Assembly: GCA_020161855.1 (NCBI GenBank)
Contig: JAIUNJ010000009.1
Location: forward strand, 47,644-111,643
Origin: Pseudomonadota bacterium
Lineage (GTDB): Bacteria; Pseudomonadota; Alphaproteobacteria; Rhizobiales; Aestuariivirgaceae
Reading direction: 5' to 3'
Length of the DNA stretch: 64,000 nt
The notes under the pieces were generated by a model. It was not told where the DNA came from. It searched no databases and worked only from the letters and a program-made list of their open reading frames with translations. Of the stretch, positions 9,690 to 20,582 are shown in pieces (within the stretch, counting starts at the first letter, position 1; each line of letters starts with the position of its first letter). The position numbers and the translations under genes are program-made.

Positions 9690-9860
9690 TGCATCACCCT
9701 TAACTTGTGTAAGTGGGGCCTCTTAGCCGAGTTGGCCCGCCCCCGCAAATGCACTGCCGAAGCCAAGGTTGAGTTTTTGGCAGGGCCAGTGCAGCGATCT
9801 GGCTCTTGGCCCGCCCCCGCCATTTGCTAGTTTCTGCCCGACAGAACGAGGATTCCCCAT

Positions 9861-12320
9861 ATGCCCGCCTCCAAGCTTCCCGCCCGCGCCGATGTCGTCA
9901 TTGTCGGTGGTGGCATCGTCGGCAGTTCCATTGCCTACCACCTCACCAAATTCGGCATCCGCAATGTTGTGCTGCTGGAGCGGAAGCAGCTGACCTCGGG
10001 CACGACATGGCATGCTGCGGGCCTCGTCGGCCAGTTGCGCGCCACCCGCAACCTCACCGAACTGGCCAAATACACAACCAGCCTCTTTGAGGGCCTTGAG
10101 AAGGAAACAGGCCAGGCCACCGGCTTCAAGCAGAACGGCTCGATTTCGCTCGCCCTGTCGGACGGCCGTTATGAGGAATTGCTGCGCGGCGCCTCCATGG
10201 CCAAGAACTTCGGCCTTGAAGTCAATGTCATTCCACTGAGCGAGATCAGGGAGCGCATTCCCCACTACAATCTCGATGGCGTGAAGGGCGGCGTCTTCCT
10301 GCCGAAGGATGGCCAGGTCAATCCGATCGACGTCACCCAGGCGCTCGCGGCGGGTGCCCGCTCGGGTGGCGCCAAGGTTTTCGAGAACACCAAGGTTACC
10401 CGCATCATCGTCGAGAATGGCAAGGCCAAGGGCGTCGAGACAACGGCTGGAACAATCAAAGCCGACAAGATCGTCGTCGCCGGAGGCATGTGGAGCCGCG
10501 AACTTGGCCGCTCCGCCGGTGTCAGCATCCCGCTCCATGCCTGCGAGCATTTCTACATCGTGTCCGAGCCCATCGAGAAGCTGCCGCGCAACATGCCGGT
10601 CGTCCGCGTGCCGGATGAATGCACCTACTACAAGGAGGACGCCGGCAAGCTCATGGTCGGCGCCTTCGAGCCCAAGGCCAAGCCTTGGGGCGGTGGCGGC
10701 ATTGATGACGAGCATGCCTTCGTCACTCTGCCCGAGGATATGGATCACTTCGAACCCATCCTCGCCAACGCGATCAATCGCGTGCCTCTGCTTGAAACCG
10801 CAGGCATCCAGCTCTTTTTCAACGGGCCGGAAAGCTTCACACCCGATGTGCGCTATTTCCTTGGAGAGGCGCCGGAGGTGCAGGATCTCTTCGTCGCCTC
10901 GGGATTCAACTCCATCGGCATCCAGTCGTCCGGGGGTGCTGGCCTCGTCTTGTCGCAATGGATCAAGAACGGCCATCCGCCGATGGATGTGAGCGGCATC
11001 GATATCCGCCGCATCCATCCGTTCCAGTCAAACCGCAAATACCTGCATGATCGCGTGTCCGAAAGCCTCGGGCTGCTCTATGCCATGCACTGGCCTTACC
11101 GCCAGGCCGAGACCGCGCGCGGCGTGCGCCGGTCACCCATCCATCAGTACACAGACAAGCTCGGTGCGGTCTATGGCGAAGTAAATGGTTGGGAGCGTCC
11201 GAACTGGTACGCCCGGGATGGCGTGGCCCGCGCCTATGACTACTCCTACGGACGTCAGAACTGGTTCCCTTGCGCGCAGTATGAGGCTGATCGGCTCAAG
11301 AACGACGTGGTCTTTTTCGACCAGGCCTCCTTTGCCAAGTACAAGGTGGCGGGCAAGGATGCGCTCAAGGTCCTGAACCAGGTTTCTGCCAACGACGTCG
11401 ACGTGCCCGCCGGCAAGGTTGTCTACACGCAGTGGCTCAATGACCGCGGCGGCATCGAAGCCGACCTGACTGTTACACGGCTGGGCGAACAGGAATTCCT
11501 CGTTGTCACGGGCGCAGCACCCCAGGTTCGGGACATGGCATGGCTCAAGCGTCACAGCGGCGACAAGAATGTCGTGGCCGTCGATGTCACTTCGGGCCTG
11601 CCCATGATCGCCCTCATGGGACCGAAGTCGCGCGCCCTCCTGCAGAAGATCTCGCCCAATGACTTCTCCAACGAGGCTTTCCCCTTCGGTACCTCACAGG
11701 AGATCGAGGTCGGCTATGCCAAGCTGCGCGCCACCCGCCTCACCTATGTCGGCGAATTGGGCTGGGAGCTTTACATCCCGGCGGAATTTGCGGCGCATGT
11801 CATGGAGACCATTCTGGCCGCCGGGCCGGAATTCAACCTGGCCCCCGCCGGTCTTCATGGCATGAACAATGCCCGTATGGAAAAGGGCTATCGCCATTGG
11901 GGCCATGACATTGCGGACGAAGACACGCCGCTGGAAGCGGGTCTCGGCTTCGGTGTCGCCTGGGACAAGAAAGGCGGCTTCATCGGAAAGAAGGCGCTCG
12001 CCAAGCAGCGCGAAAAGAAGCTTCTCCCGAAGCGCATGGTGACGATCGCCCTTGAGGCTTCAGGCGAAGATGCGCCCATGATGTATCATGAGGAGCCCGT
12101 CTACCGCGATGGCGTGATCGTTGGTTCCACCACCTCGGGCGCTTGGGGCCATCGCGTCGGCAAGTCGCTAGCCCTCGCCTACGTCAAGAATGATGGCGGC
12201 GTGAATGCGGATTGGCTGGCTTCAGGCAACTGGGAGGTTGAGATTGCCTGGAAGAAGTATCGCGCCAAGATGCAATTCGCGGCCTTCTACGATCCGAAGG
12301 GTGAGCGTATCAAAGCGTGA
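9861..12320 (+). CDS. GcvT-family FAD-dependent oxidoreductase (dimethylglycine/sarcosine dehydrogenase-like)
   Basis: VIVGGGIVG, SGTTWHAAG, NGPESFTPD, GWERPNWY, RMEKGYRHWG; substrate not determinable. Confidence 0.85.
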   Translation: MPASKLPARADVVIVGGGIVGSSIAYHLTKFGIRNVVLLERKQLTSGTTWHAAGLVGQLRATRNLTELAKYTTSLFEGLEKETGQATGFKQNGSISLALSDGRYEELLRGASMAKNFGLEVNVIPLSEIRERIPHYNLDGVKGGVFLPKDGQVNPIDVTQALAAGARSGGAKVFENTKVTRIIVENGKAKGVETTAGTIKADKIVVAGGMWSRELGRSAGVSIPLHACEHFYIVSEPIEKLPRNMPVVRVPDECTYYKEDAGKLMVGAFEPKAKPWGGGGIDDEHAFVTLPEDMDHFEPILANAINRVPLLETAGIQLFFNGPESFTPDVRYFLGEAPEVQDLFVASGFNSIGIQSSGGAGLVLSQWIKNGHPPMDVSGIDIRRIHPFQSNRKYLHDRVSESLGLLYAMHWPYRQAETARGVRRSPIHQYTDKLGAVYGEVNGWERPNWYARDGVARAYDYSYGRQNWFPCAQYEADRLKNDVVFFDQASFAKYKVAGKDALKVLNQVSANDVDVPAGKVVYTQWLNDRGGIEADLTVTRLGEQEFLVVTGAAPQVRDMAWLKRHSGDKNVVAVDVTSGLPMIALMGPKSRALLQKISPNDFSNEAFPFGTSQEIEVGYAKLRATRLTYVGELGWELYIPAEFAAHVMETILAAGPEFNLAPAGLHGMNNARMEKGYRHWGHDIADEDTPLEAGLGFGVAWDKKGGFIGKKALAKQREKKLLPKRMVTIALEASGEDAPMMYHEEPVYRDGVIVGSTTSGAWGHRVGKSLALAYVKNDGGVNADWLASGNWEVEIAWKKYRAKMQFAAFYDPKGERIKA

Positions 12321-12322
12321 GA

Positions 12323-12359
12323 TTGACGGGCATCGGTAATGCGCATAGGCTATGCGCAT
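12323..12359 (+). promoter_or_regulatory. ccdAB promoter with palindromic operator
   Basis: TTGACG (12323-28)-N17-TAGGCT (12346-51); perfect inverted repeat ATGCGCATAG-G-CTATGCGCAT (12339-12359) covers the -10 element and start codon. Confidence 0.7.
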
Positions 12360-12588
12360 GAATATTCAACGCCCTGCTCCCCGCAAGAGGTCTGTCAACC
12401 TCACGGTAAACGCCGAGCTTCTCAGTGAGGCTAAGGCTAAGGGCTACAATCTTTCGCAGCTTCTTGAAGAGGCCCTGCGGCAGAAACGCACCGATGAGTG
12501 GCAGGCCGAAAACGCCGAGGCCATCATGGCGGCACATGAAAGGGTCGAACGCGAAGGCTTGTGGTCAAGCAAGAAACGCGTCTGGTGA
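12358..12588 (+). CDS. ccdA: CcdA-family antitoxin
   Basis: KRSVNLTVNAELL..AK..GYNLSQLLEEAL...W.AENAEAI...VEREGL; start 12358 preferred over 12352. Confidence 0.8.
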   Translation: MNIQRPAPRKRSVNLTVNAELLSEAKAKGYNLSQLLEEALRQKRTDEWQAENAEAIMAAHERVEREGLWSSKKRVW

Positions 12589-12899
12589 TACGGCAGTTCG
12601 ATGTTGTCCACAATCCCGATGTGAGCACCAGGCATCGCATTCCCTATCTGATTGTCCTGCAAGCCGACGTTCTTGGACGGCTGCCGTCCGTGGTGGTTGC
12701 GCCACTGTACCGCGCGGCCTCAGCGGAGGCCTTGACCCGCATCACTTTTCCGCTTCGGATCAATGATGAAGAAGTGCATTGCCTCGTCCATGAACTGGCG
12801 GCAGTGCAACCAGGCGAACTCGGTGCCCTTGTCGACAATTTCAGCCAATGCCGTGATGAAGTCATCCGTGCAATCGACATGATCTTTTCCGGAATCTGA
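12585..12899 (+). CDS. ccdB: CcdB-family toxin
   Basis: GTG overlaps the ccdA TGA; QFDVVHNP, PYLIVLQAD, VVAPL, C-terminal AIDMIFSGI. Confidence 0.8.
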   Translation: MIRQFDVVHNPDVSTRHRIPYLIVLQADVLGRLPSVVVAPLYRAASAEALTRITFPLRINDEEVHCLVHELAAVQPGELGALVDNFSQCRDEVIRAIDMIFSGI

Positions 12900-13049
12900 G
12901 TCGGCGCAGGCTCTCTGAACTCGCTAAGTCATTGCCCTGACACGAGAACACGCTATTCCCTGGCCGTTCGCCAGATATGCGTATTTGTTCTTTATTCCGA
13001 ACGCATGACGCGCTATATCTGTCTCATAGCGAAAGACAAGGAGGCCAAC

Positions 13050-13706
13050 ATGACACTTCAACTCGGCGATATTGCTCCGGATTTCGAGGCCGACACCACC
13101 GAAGGCCGCATCAAGTTCCACGACTACATTGAGGGTGGCTGGGCCGTCCTCGTGTCCCACCCGAAGGATTTCACGCCCGTTTGCACCACGGAACTGGGCG
13201 CCATGGCGCTCAAGTCAGGTGAATTTGCCAAGCGTGGCGTCAAGCTCATCGGCATCTCGGTAGACAGCGTTGATGACCACCTGCGCTGGAAGCAGGACAT
13301 CAAGGACGTCACCGGCGGTGAGGTTCACTACCCGATGATTGGTGACAGCAACCTCACGGTTGCCAAGCTCTATGGGATGATCCACCCCAATGCTTCGGGC
13401 GATGCCAAGAGCCGCACGGCGGCTGACAACCAGACCGTCCGCAACGTGCTCATCATCGGGCCGGACAAGAAGATCAAGCTGATCCTCACCTACCCGATGA
13501 GCACCGGCCGCAACTTCGATGAAATTCTCCGGGTGATCGACTCGCTCCAGCTCACTGCAACCAAGTCGGTGGCGACACCCGCAGACTGGAAGCAGGGCGA
13601 CAAGGCCATCATCCTCGCCTCTATCTCCGACGAAGCCGCCAAGGAGAAGTTCCCCCAGGGCTGGCAGGCGAAGAAGCCTTATCTCCGCCTCGTCGACGTC
13701 AAGTAA
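13050..13706 (+). CDS. 1-Cys peroxiredoxin (Prx6 type)
   Basis: SHPKDFTPVCTTELG, YPMSTGRNFDEI, ATPADWK; AAGGAGG RBS before ATG 13050. Confidence 0.9.
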   Translation: MTLQLGDIAPDFEADTTEGRIKFHDYIEGGWAVLVSHPKDFTPVCTTELGAMALKSGEFAKRGVKLIGISVDSVDDHLRWKQDIKDVTGGEVHYPMIGDSNLTVAKLYGMIHPNASGDAKSRTAADNQTVRNVLIIGPDKKIKLILTYPMSTGRNFDEILRVIDSLQLTATKSVATPADWKQGDKAIILASISDEAAKEKFPQGWQAKKPYLRLVDVK

Positions 13707-13739
13707 TTCTCCCTGACCTTGCCAAAGGTCGAACTTTGA

Positions 13740-13774
13740 AACCCGGACCGGGAAACTGGCCCGGGTTCTTCTTT
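13740..13774 (+). terminator. Intrinsic terminator between prx and gatA
   Basis: AACCCGGACCGG-GAAA-CTGGCCCGGGTT hairpin followed by CTTCTTT. Confidence 0.6.
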
Positions 13775-13805
13775 GCTCCGGAGAAAATGCAGCTCTGCCC
13801 GCGCG

Positions 13806-15278
13806 TCACCACCACTGCGGCGCGGTGAATTTCCCGGCGGCCTGCTCGATGGCAAAGGCCGTCTGAAACAGTGTCTCTTCATCAAACGGCTTGCCGATAA
13901 GCTGCAGGCCCAGGGGCAGCCCCTGCTCCGAAAATCCTGCCGGAACGGCAATGCCAGGCAGGCCGGCCATGTTCACGGTCACGGTGAAGACGTCGTTCAG
14001 ATACATCTCGACCGGATCTGTGATTTCGCCCGGCGCGAAAGCGGCAGACGGCGTCGCCGGCGTCAGCACCACATCAACCTTGTTCCAGGCCTCGTCAAAA
14101 TCACGCTTGATCAGTGTGCGGACCTTCTGCGCCTTCACGTAGTAGGCATCGTAGTATCCGGCAGAGAGCACATAGGTGCCGATCAATACCCGGCGCTGCA
14201 CCTCGCGGCCAAAGCCAGCCGCCCGCGTTCTTTCATAGGTGTCGATCAGGTCGTCGCCGGGAACACGAAGGCCGTAGCGCACCCCATCATAGCGGGCGAG
14301 ATTGGAAGAAGCCTCGGCCGGCGCCACGATATAGTAGGCGGGAAGCGCGTATTTGGTATGCGGCAGCGAAATCTCGACAATCTCGGCGCCCTGCTCCTTG
14401 AGCCACTGCGCGCCCCGGTTCCACAGGGCGTCGATCTCGGATGACAGGCCCTCCGGCCGGTATTCTTTGGGAATGCCGACCCGCAGGCCCTTGATGGACT
14501 TGCCCAACACCGCCTCATAGTCGGGAACCGGGCGGTCCACGCTCGTCGTGTCCTTGGGATCAACACTGGCCATGGCCTTGAGCATGATCGCGGCATCGCG
14601 CACATCGCGGGCGATGGGCCCGGCCTGATCAAGTGAAGACGCAAAGGCCACGATGCCCCAGCGTGAACAACGGCCATAGGTCGGCTTGATACCGACCGTG
14701 CCCGTGAGTGCTGCCGGCTGGCGGATGGAGCCACCTGTGTCCGTCGCCGTTGCCCCGGCACAGATATGAGCCGCCACAGCCGCAGCCGAACCGCCGGACG
14801 AACCACCAGGCACAAGCGTGGCGTTGGAGTTCTTGCGCCGCCACGGATTTGCGACAGGCCCGTAATAGCTCGTCTCGTTGGATGAGCCCATGGCGAACTC
14901 ATCCATGTTGAGCTTGCCCAGCATCACCGCGCCCGCATCGAAGAGATTGGCCGTCACAGTCGATTCATAGGTCGGCTGGAACTTGTCGAGGATGTGGCTG
15001 CAGGCCTGGGTATGCACGCCCTTGGTCGCAAAGAGATCCTTGATGCCGAGTGGAATGCCCTCCAGCGCCCCACCCTCGCCCTTGGCCAGCTTGGCATCGC
15101 TGGCCCTGGCCCGCGCCCGGGCGAGCTCCGGCGTCTCCACCACATAGGCATTCAGCGTGCGCGATTTCTCGATGGACGAGATATAGGCGTCGGTCAGTTC
15201 AAGGGCGGAAAATTCCTTGGCGCGCAGCTTGGCGCGGGCTTCCGCGATGGTCAGTGAGGTGAGCTTTGTCATCGTCAC
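13806..15278 (-). CDS. gatA: Asp/Glu-tRNA amidotransferase subunit A
   Basis: Amidase signature [35 protein letters not shown]. Confidence 0.97.
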   Translation of the reverse strand: MTMTKLTSLTIAEARAKLRAKEFSALELTDAYISSIEKSRTLNAYVVETPELARARARASDAKLAKGEGGALEGIPLGIKDLFATKGVHTQACSHILDKFQPTYESTVTANLFDAGAVMLGKLNMDEFAMGSSNETSYYGPVANPWRRKNSNATLVPGGSSGGSAAAVAAHICAGATATDTGGSIRQPAALTGTVGIKPTYGRCSRWGIVAFASSLDQAGPIARDVRDAAIMLKAMASVDPKDTTSVDRPVPDYEAVLGKSIKGLRVGIPKEYRPEGLSSEIDALWNRGAQWLKEQGAEIVEISLPHTKYALPAYYIVAPAEASSNLARYDGVRYGLRVPGDDLIDTYERTRAAGFGREVQRRVLIGTYVLSAGYYDAYYVKAQKVRTLIKRDFDEAWNKVDVVLTPATPSAAFAPGEITDPVEMYLNDVFTVTVNMAGLPGIAVPAGFSEQGLPLGLQLIGKPFDEETLFQTAFAIEQAAGKFTAPQWW

Positions 15279-15562
15279 TCCACCACCTTGGGCACCATGA
15301 AGAAATCATCTTCGGTGGCAGGCGCATTCTGGATGATGTCTTTGGGCTTGTGCCCATCCGTGACGACATCGTCACGCATCTTCATCTTAGTGGCGACAAC
15401 GGACGTCATCGGCACCACGCCGGAAACATCCACCTCGTTCAGCTGTTCCACGAAGGCGAGGATGGCATTCAGCTCGCCGGCAAGCTGCGGCACGTCCTCG
15501 TCCTTCACCTTGATCCGCGCCAGGCGCGCGACGCGCCGCACGGTCTTTTCGTCAACCGACAT
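15275..15562 (-). CDS. gatC: Asp/Glu-tRNA amidotransferase subunit C
   Basis: [27 protein letters not shown]; overlaps the gatA start. Confidence 0.95.
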   Translation of the reverse strand: MSVDEKTVRRVARLARIKVKDEDVPQLAGELNAILAFVEQLNEVDVSGVVPMTSVVATKMKMRDDVVTDGHKPKDIIQNAPATEDDFFMVPKVVE

Positions 15563-15609
15563 CGAAGATTCCCGAATTTCAACAACTGTCGGCGGGGGAT
15601 AGCAAAGGG

Positions 15610-16305
15610 TCAGTTGACCTGCAACTTGGCTTTCTGCCGTCCCTCTTCATCGAAATTGGAGGGGTCCAGCCAGGCCTCGAAGGCGGCCCGCACCTTGGGC
15701 CAATCCTTGTCGATCATAGCGAACCAGGCCGTGTCCCGGTTCCGCCCCTTGACGATGAAATGCTGGCGGAAAAGGCCCTCGAATGTGAAGCCGAAACGCT
15801 TCGCTGCAGCCTGCGAGGGCTCGTTGAGGGAGTCACATTTCCATTCCAGGCGCCGGATGCCAAGGTCGTCGAAGGCATGGCGGATCATTAGGTAGATCGC
15901 TTCCGTTGCTTCCCTGGTCCTTTGCAGGGACGGCGACATCCAGATATGGCCGATCTCGATCACGCCATTGGCAGGGTCTGCCCGCATGAAGGCGCCCATG
16001 CCGCGCGCCTCGCCGGTTGTCCGGTCCACGAAGGCATAGAACCAGGGGTCGCGGGATTCCTCCCGGCCCTTGAGCCAGGCGGCGAAACTGTCGAGATCGG
16101 TGAACGGGCCATAGGCCAGCCAGGTCCAGACTTGGCCCTCGGGGTCCTTGCCATCAAAGGACTTGAAAAGCGACTGGGCATGGCGGGCGACGCTCACCGC
16201 GTCGAGCCTGATCCAGCGTCCATGCAGGGGCCGGAGATCGGGGGTCGTCCCCGGCGGCAACGGATCGACGACGGCACCAACCTTGCGAACGGCTTTCTTG
16301 GCCAT
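15610..16305 (-). CDS. RimJ/RimL-type GNAT N-acetyltransferase
   Basis: [41 protein letters not shown]; GGAGA RBS before ATG 16305. Confidence 0.85.
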   Translation of the reverse strand: MAKKAVRKVGAVVDPLPPGTTPDLRPLHGRWIRLDAVSVARHAQSLFKSFDGKDPEGQVWTWLAYGPFTDLDSFAAWLKGREESRDPWFYAFVDRTTGEARGMGAFMRADPANGVIEIGHIWMSPSLQRTREATEAIYLMIRHAFDDLGIRRLEWKCDSLNEPSQAAAKRFGFTFEGLFRQHFIVKGRNRDTAWFAMIDKDWPKVRAAFEAWLDPSNFDEEGRQKAKLQVN

Positions 16306-16357
16306 GACACTCTCCAAATCAGTTTTCTGCTCAAACCATTCCGGATAAGCCCTGTCC

Positions 16358-16825
16358 ATGACCAGTTTTCGCGAGACGGCCCAAGCCGCTGTATCTGCCC
16401 TGCAGCCACAGGAGCGCCTCCTGGGGCTCGATCTCGGCACCAAGACCATCGGCCTCGCCACCTCCGACCTCACCCGCCAGATCGCCACCCCGCGCGAGAC
16501 CATTCTCCGCAAGAAATTCACGCTGGATGCCCAGGCCCTGATCGCCTTCGCTCAGAAGGAAAACATCGGCCTTCTGGTCCTCGGCCTGCCCCTCAATATG
16601 AACGGTTCAGAGGGCCCCCGCGCGCAGGCCACACGGGCCTTTGCCCGCAATCTCGCCAAACTCACCCCGCTTCCCCTGATCTACTGGGATGAACGCCTGT
16701 CCACCGCTGCCGTCGAGCGCACCATGCTGGAGGCTGATCTCAGCCGGGCCAAGCGCAGCGAGAATGTCGACAAGCTGGCCGCCGCCTACATCCTGCAGTC
16801 GCTGTTGGATGCCTTGCGCGGCTGA
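16358..16825 (+). CDS. ruvX: RuvX/YqgF pre-16S rRNA processing nuclease
   Basis: [45 protein letters not shown]. Confidence 0.93.
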   Translation: MTSFRETAQAAVSALQPQERLLGLDLGTKTIGLATSDLTRQIATPRETILRKKFTLDAQALIAFAQKENIGLLVLGLPLNMNGSEGPRAQATRAFARNLAKLTPLPLIYWDERLSTAAVERTMLEADLSRAKRSENVDKLAAAYILQSLLDALRG

Positions 16826-16828
16826 CGC

Positions 16829-19009
16829 CTAAGGGCGCTCGCCTGCCCGGCGCGATCTCGGCTGCCATGTCCAGGGCCTGTATCCTTGTGTGCCGCGCAC
16901 CGTTTCCACCGACACATCTTGCGCGATGAACACGGCATAGGCGCCATGCCGCCAGACATCGAAACGGTCCACCGTCAGCAGCGCCCCACGGCAGCTGCGC
17001 CGCAGAGGGTATTGCGCAATCAGGATGTCTGAGCGCGGGCATGGCTTTGCCAGCTCCGCCGATGACTGCAGGAAGGTCACACGCTTTCCTCTGACCTCGG
17101 CGCTGCATACCGAACCGGTGCAGTTCCAGAGCGCGCGTTTTGCGGCCACGCCGACCCGCTCCGGCTGACCTGCCTCCCGCAGCCAGCGCGTTACTGGCAG
17201 ATACCGCGCCTTGACATCAAGCGGCACCAGATGTCTTCCGGCGTCGCGCGCCGCCACGGTGCGGGCGCGCTCGTCGATCAGGAGGTCGGGTGTTGCCCGG
17301 GTGGCGCCAAACACTGCCGCCAGAACAAGCGCGGGGATACAAAGCCAGCGCAAGGCAGATTGGGCCATGCAGGCAAAAGCCGCCGCAAGGGCAAGCGCAG
17401 CCGCAACTGGCGCCGGAAGCAGCGGCAGCGTGAGACTGGCATGCGGCCAGCTTGCCACCCAGTCCGATATCCACATCACCACCTCAAGGCCCCGACCCAT
17501 GGCCCAAAGGAAGGGATAGTCGAGGCCCAGCGGCATGAGCAGCGTCGCCGCCAGCGCCGAAGGCATCACCACGAGCGAAACCACGGGCAGCGCCAGGGCG
17601 TTTGCGGCGATGCCGTAAGGTGCGATGCGCCCGAAGTGATGGGCCGCGGCGATACCGGACAGTCCTCCGGCAATGAGCGAGGTCAGAAGCGAGGCAATGA
17701 CGAGCAAGACCAACCAGCGGCCGCCGCGGGCGACCCAGCCACGTCCCGGCCGGTATTCGCGCGCCGCCCGTCCGTTCCACCACTCGAAGAAGGCCGCCAG
17801 ACCCATCACCGCGAGGAAGGACATCTGAAAGCTCGCAGCAACGGCCTGTTCCGGCGCAAGAACCAGAATGAAGATCGCGGCAATGGCCAGATTGTGCAGC
17901 GACAGGGCCGGCCGGTTCACCATGACCGCGAAAAGCACGATCGCAACCATGATGAAGGAGCGCTCGGTGGCAGCACCTGAGTCGGCCAGCAACATGTAGA
18001 ACAGTGCCACCAGCAACGCGGCGCCCGCCGCCCAGGCCTTGATCGGCCGCGTCAGCGCAAGCGTAGGCGACAGCGCCAGAAGCGCCCGGATAAACCAGAA
18101 GGCACCACCCGCCACCAGCGCCATGTGCAGCCCGGAAATCGAGAGGATATGAAACAGGCCAGACGCCTGCAGGCTGTCGTTCATGCTGCGCGGAATCTGC
18201 GCCCGCTCGCCGGTGATCAGGGCATCCGCAAATGATCCCAGTGGCCCCTCGATCACACTCCGGATGCGCATGCCGATCAGGCCACGCAGCGCATGGAAAC
18301 TGCGCCGCAGCTGATAGCGAAGCGGTGCTGGATCGTCATTGATGACAATCCCACCCTTGAAACTTCCTGTCCCGCCGATCGACTGGAAGAAGAGGCTGCG
18401 CCCAAAATCAAAGCTTCCCGGCGAAACAGGCATCGGATTGGGAAAGAGCCGCGCTGTTCCAGAAATGCGGTCGCCGATCTTCGGCAAGTCCGCGCCGCCA
18501 AAGAGATCAAGACGCAGCCGGCGTGGCCTTTCCCCGTCGGGAAGGCCGGAGGCACTTATCACATCCACCACCAGTTCGGCCCGCCTCGCACTGCGGCGAT
18601 CGACATCAGCCACCCGGCCCTCGATCTGCGTTTGAGGCACATAGGCCCGCAACAATGGGGTCGCCACCCAATGTGTCCGCACCTGCGCCAGCACGAAACC
18701 GGCCGCAATGATGCAGATGAGCCTGATCATCAGGCTCCCCGGCTTGCGCCAGAGCAAGACAGCGGCCACCACAATGAGAATGACCGGCAGCGCCAGAGGC
18801 GGCTCGCGCGTCAGCGCAAAGTAGCTCCAGATGCCACACACCAGCAGGAGCGGCGCCCAGACCGTGAGGCGGTGGCCTTCCTGCTCGCCGATCTCCGTCA
18901 GCAGGCCTCCGGCACGGCGCAGAAGCGGCACACCATCCCCTTTGACGGCCTCCGCCCCTGTGCTATCCGCGCCCCACACGGCCATTTGCGCCTTCCCCTG
19001 ACCCATCAC
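16829..19009 (-). CDS. comEC: ComEC/Rec2 competence membrane protein
   Basis: [40 protein letters not shown]; start uncertain. Confidence 0.9.
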   Translation of the reverse strand: MMGQGKAQMAVWGADSTGAEAVKGDGVPLLRRAGGLLTEIGEQEGHRLTVWAPLLLVCGIWSYFALTREPPLALPVILIVVAAVLLWRKPGSLMIRLICIIAAGFVLAQVRTHWVATPLLRAYVPQTQIEGRVADVDRRSARRAELVVDVISASGLPDGERPRRLRLDLFGGADLPKIGDRISGTARLFPNPMPVSPGSFDFGRSLFFQSIGGTGSFKGGIVINDDPAPLRYQLRRSFHALRGLIGMRIRSVIEGPLGSFADALITGERAQIPRSMNDSLQASGLFHILSISGLHMALVAGGAFWFIRALLALSPTLALTRPIKAWAAGAALLVALFYMLLADSGAATERSFIMVAIVLFAVMVNRPALSLHNLAIAAIFILVLAPEQAVAASFQMSFLAVMGLAAFFEWWNGRAAREYRPGRGWVARGGRWLVLLVIASLLTSLIAGGLSGIAAAHHFGRIAPYGIAANALALPVVSLVVMPSALAATLLMPLGLDYPFLWAMGRGLEVVMWISDWVASWPHASLTLPLLPAPVAAALALAAAFACMAQSALRWLCIPALVLAAVFGATRATPDLLIDERARTVAARDAGRHLVPLDVKARYLPVTRWLREAGQPERVGVAAKRALWNCTGSVCSAEVRGKRVTFLQSSAELAKPCPRSDILIAQYPLRRSCRGALLTVDRFDVWRHGAYAVFIAQDVSVETVRGTQGYRPWTWQPRSRRAGERP

Positions 19010-19030
19010 GCTACAAGGATTTCGGCGTTC

Positions 19031-20455
19031 ATGTCATCGCCCGTCGTCACGCGCTTTGCGCCCTCGCCCACCGGCTTCCTGCACATCGGCGGAGCCCGCA
19101 CCGCCCTGTTCAACTGGGCCTACGCGAAGCACACCGGCGGCAAGATGCTGCTCCGCATCGAGGACACGGACCGCGAGCGCTCGACTGATGCCGCAGTCAC
19201 TGCCATTCTCGATGGCCTCAGGTGGCTGGGTCTCAACTGGGATGGCGAGGCCGTTTCGCAGTTTGCCCGTGCCGGGCGGCATCGTGACGTTGCCCAGGAG
19301 CTCATCAAGCGCGGCAAGGCCTACTTCTGCTACTGCACGCCCGAAGAGCTTGAGGCCATGCGCGCCAAGGCCGAGGCCGAGAAGCGGCAGATCCGCTATG
19401 ACGGCACATGGCGTGACCGCGATCCGGCGACCGCACCTGCGGGCGTCAACCCGGTCATCCGTTTCAGGGCGCCGCAGGAAGGCGAGACCGTCATCAACGA
19501 TCACGCCCAGGGGCGCGTCGTTATCCCCAACAAGGATCTGGACGATCTCATCATCCTGCGCTCGGATGGAAACCCGACATACAATCTGTCCGTCGTCGTT
19601 GACGATCACGACATGGGCGTCACCCACATCATCCGCGGCGTCGATCACCTGACCAACGCGGCCCGCCAGACACAGATCTATCTCGCCATGGGCTGGGATG
19701 TGCCATCCATGACCCATGTGCCGTTGATCCATGGTCCCGATGGCGCGAAGCTTTCCAAGCGCCACGGTGCTCTTGGCGTGGAGGCCTATCGCGAGATGGG
19801 CTATCTCCCGGCCGCCCTGCGCAACTACCTTGCCCGCCTCGGCTGGAGCCATGGCGACGACGAGATCTTCTCGACCGGGCAACTCGTCGAATGGTTTGAA
19901 CTGGACGGTATCGGCAAGTCTGCCTCGCGCTTCGACTTTGCCAAGCTCGAAAACCTGAACGGTCATTACATCAGGCACACGCCGGATGCGGAATTGCTCG
20001 CCCACTGGCTCGCCGTCCTGCCTTACATCGAAGGCGGCTCCGACCGGCTTTCGCAGATCGATGAGCAGATGAAGGGCAAGCTCCTGAAGGCCCTTCCCGG
20101 CCTCAAGGAACGCGCCAAGACGCTCAAGGAGCTGAATGCCAGCGCGGCATACCTCTTCGCACAGAGGCCCCTTCCGTTGGACGAGAAGGCCCGGCAGATC
20201 CTGGCCGACGGTGGCACGCAGGCTCTTGCGGGGGTGCTCCCCGTCCTCAAGGCCGCAACAAACTGGTCGGCGCATGATCTGGAGGCCGCCGTGAAGGTCC
20301 ATGCCGAAGCGGCGGGTCTCAAGCTCGGCAAGCTCGCCCAGCCACTGCGCGCGGCCCTCACAGGCACAAGCACCTCACCAGGTATTTTCGATGTGCTCGA
20401 GGTTCTGGGCCGCGAGGAAAGCCTTGCGCGCATCGCAGATCAGGCATCAGCCTGA
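19031..20455 (+). CDS. gltX: Glutamate--tRNA ligase
   Basis: [15 protein letters not shown] (HIGH), KLSKRHG (KMSKS); start placed at ATG 19031. Confidence 0.97.
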   Translation: MSSPVVTRFAPSPTGFLHIGGARTALFNWAYAKHTGGKMLLRIEDTDRERSTDAAVTAILDGLRWLGLNWDGEAVSQFARAGRHRDVAQELIKRGKAYFCYCTPEELEAMRAKAEAEKRQIRYDGTWRDRDPATAPAGVNPVIRFRAPQEGETVINDHAQGRVVIPNKDLDDLIILRSDGNPTYNLSVVVDDHDMGVTHIIRGVDHLTNAARQTQIYLAMGWDVPSMTHVPLIHGPDGAKLSKRHGALGVEAYREMGYLPAALRNYLARLGWSHGDDEIFSTGQLVEWFELDGIGKSASRFDFAKLENLNGHYIRHTPDAELLAHWLAVLPYIEGGSDRLSQIDEQMKGKLLKALPGLKERAKTLKELNASAAYLFAQRPLPLDEKARQILADGGTQALAGVLPVLKAATNWSAHDLEAAVKVHAEAAGLKLGKLAQPLRAALTGTSTSPGIFDVLEVLGREESLARIADQASA

Positions 20456-20525
20456 GATAAGGCACTTGTGATCAGTCTGTCGCGGTCCATCGTCTATGGT
20501 CTGACAGTCAAATCAGGCAGCAACA

Positions 20526-20554
20526 TTGACCTTTTTGCTGCGCTGCAATACCCT
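20526..20554 (+). promoter_or_regulatory. Putative gltA sigma70 promoter overlapped by a PhaR-like box
   Basis: TTGACC (20526-31)-N17-TACCCT (20549-54); TGCGCTGCAATA at 20539-20550. Confidence 0.45.
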
Positions 20555-20582
20555 CAATCGCAAATAATGGGAGTCTTTCGCC

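Noticed and set aside
9732-9746. Sigma54 reading of the TTGGCCCGCCCCCGC repeats
   Set aside because: GG-to-GC spacing is 9 bp, not the required 10
9690-9790. SAM-II (SAM-alpha) riboswitch upstream of rhodanese-metZ
   Set aside because: The minus strand has GCTAAGAGG, similar to the 3' end of the motif, but lacks the UGAUUU loop, the UUGCAG core and a complementary P1 stem
12975-13010. LexA or OxyR box upstream of the peroxiredoxin (GTTC-N8-GAAC)
   Set aside because: The alphaproteobacterial LexA box is a direct repeat (GTTC-N7-GTTC), and no ATAG-N7-CTAT array is present
18293-19030. 720 aa N-terminally extended GltX from the ORF track
   Set aside because: The extension overlaps comEC antisense; GluRS homology begins at [15 protein letters not shown] (19031)
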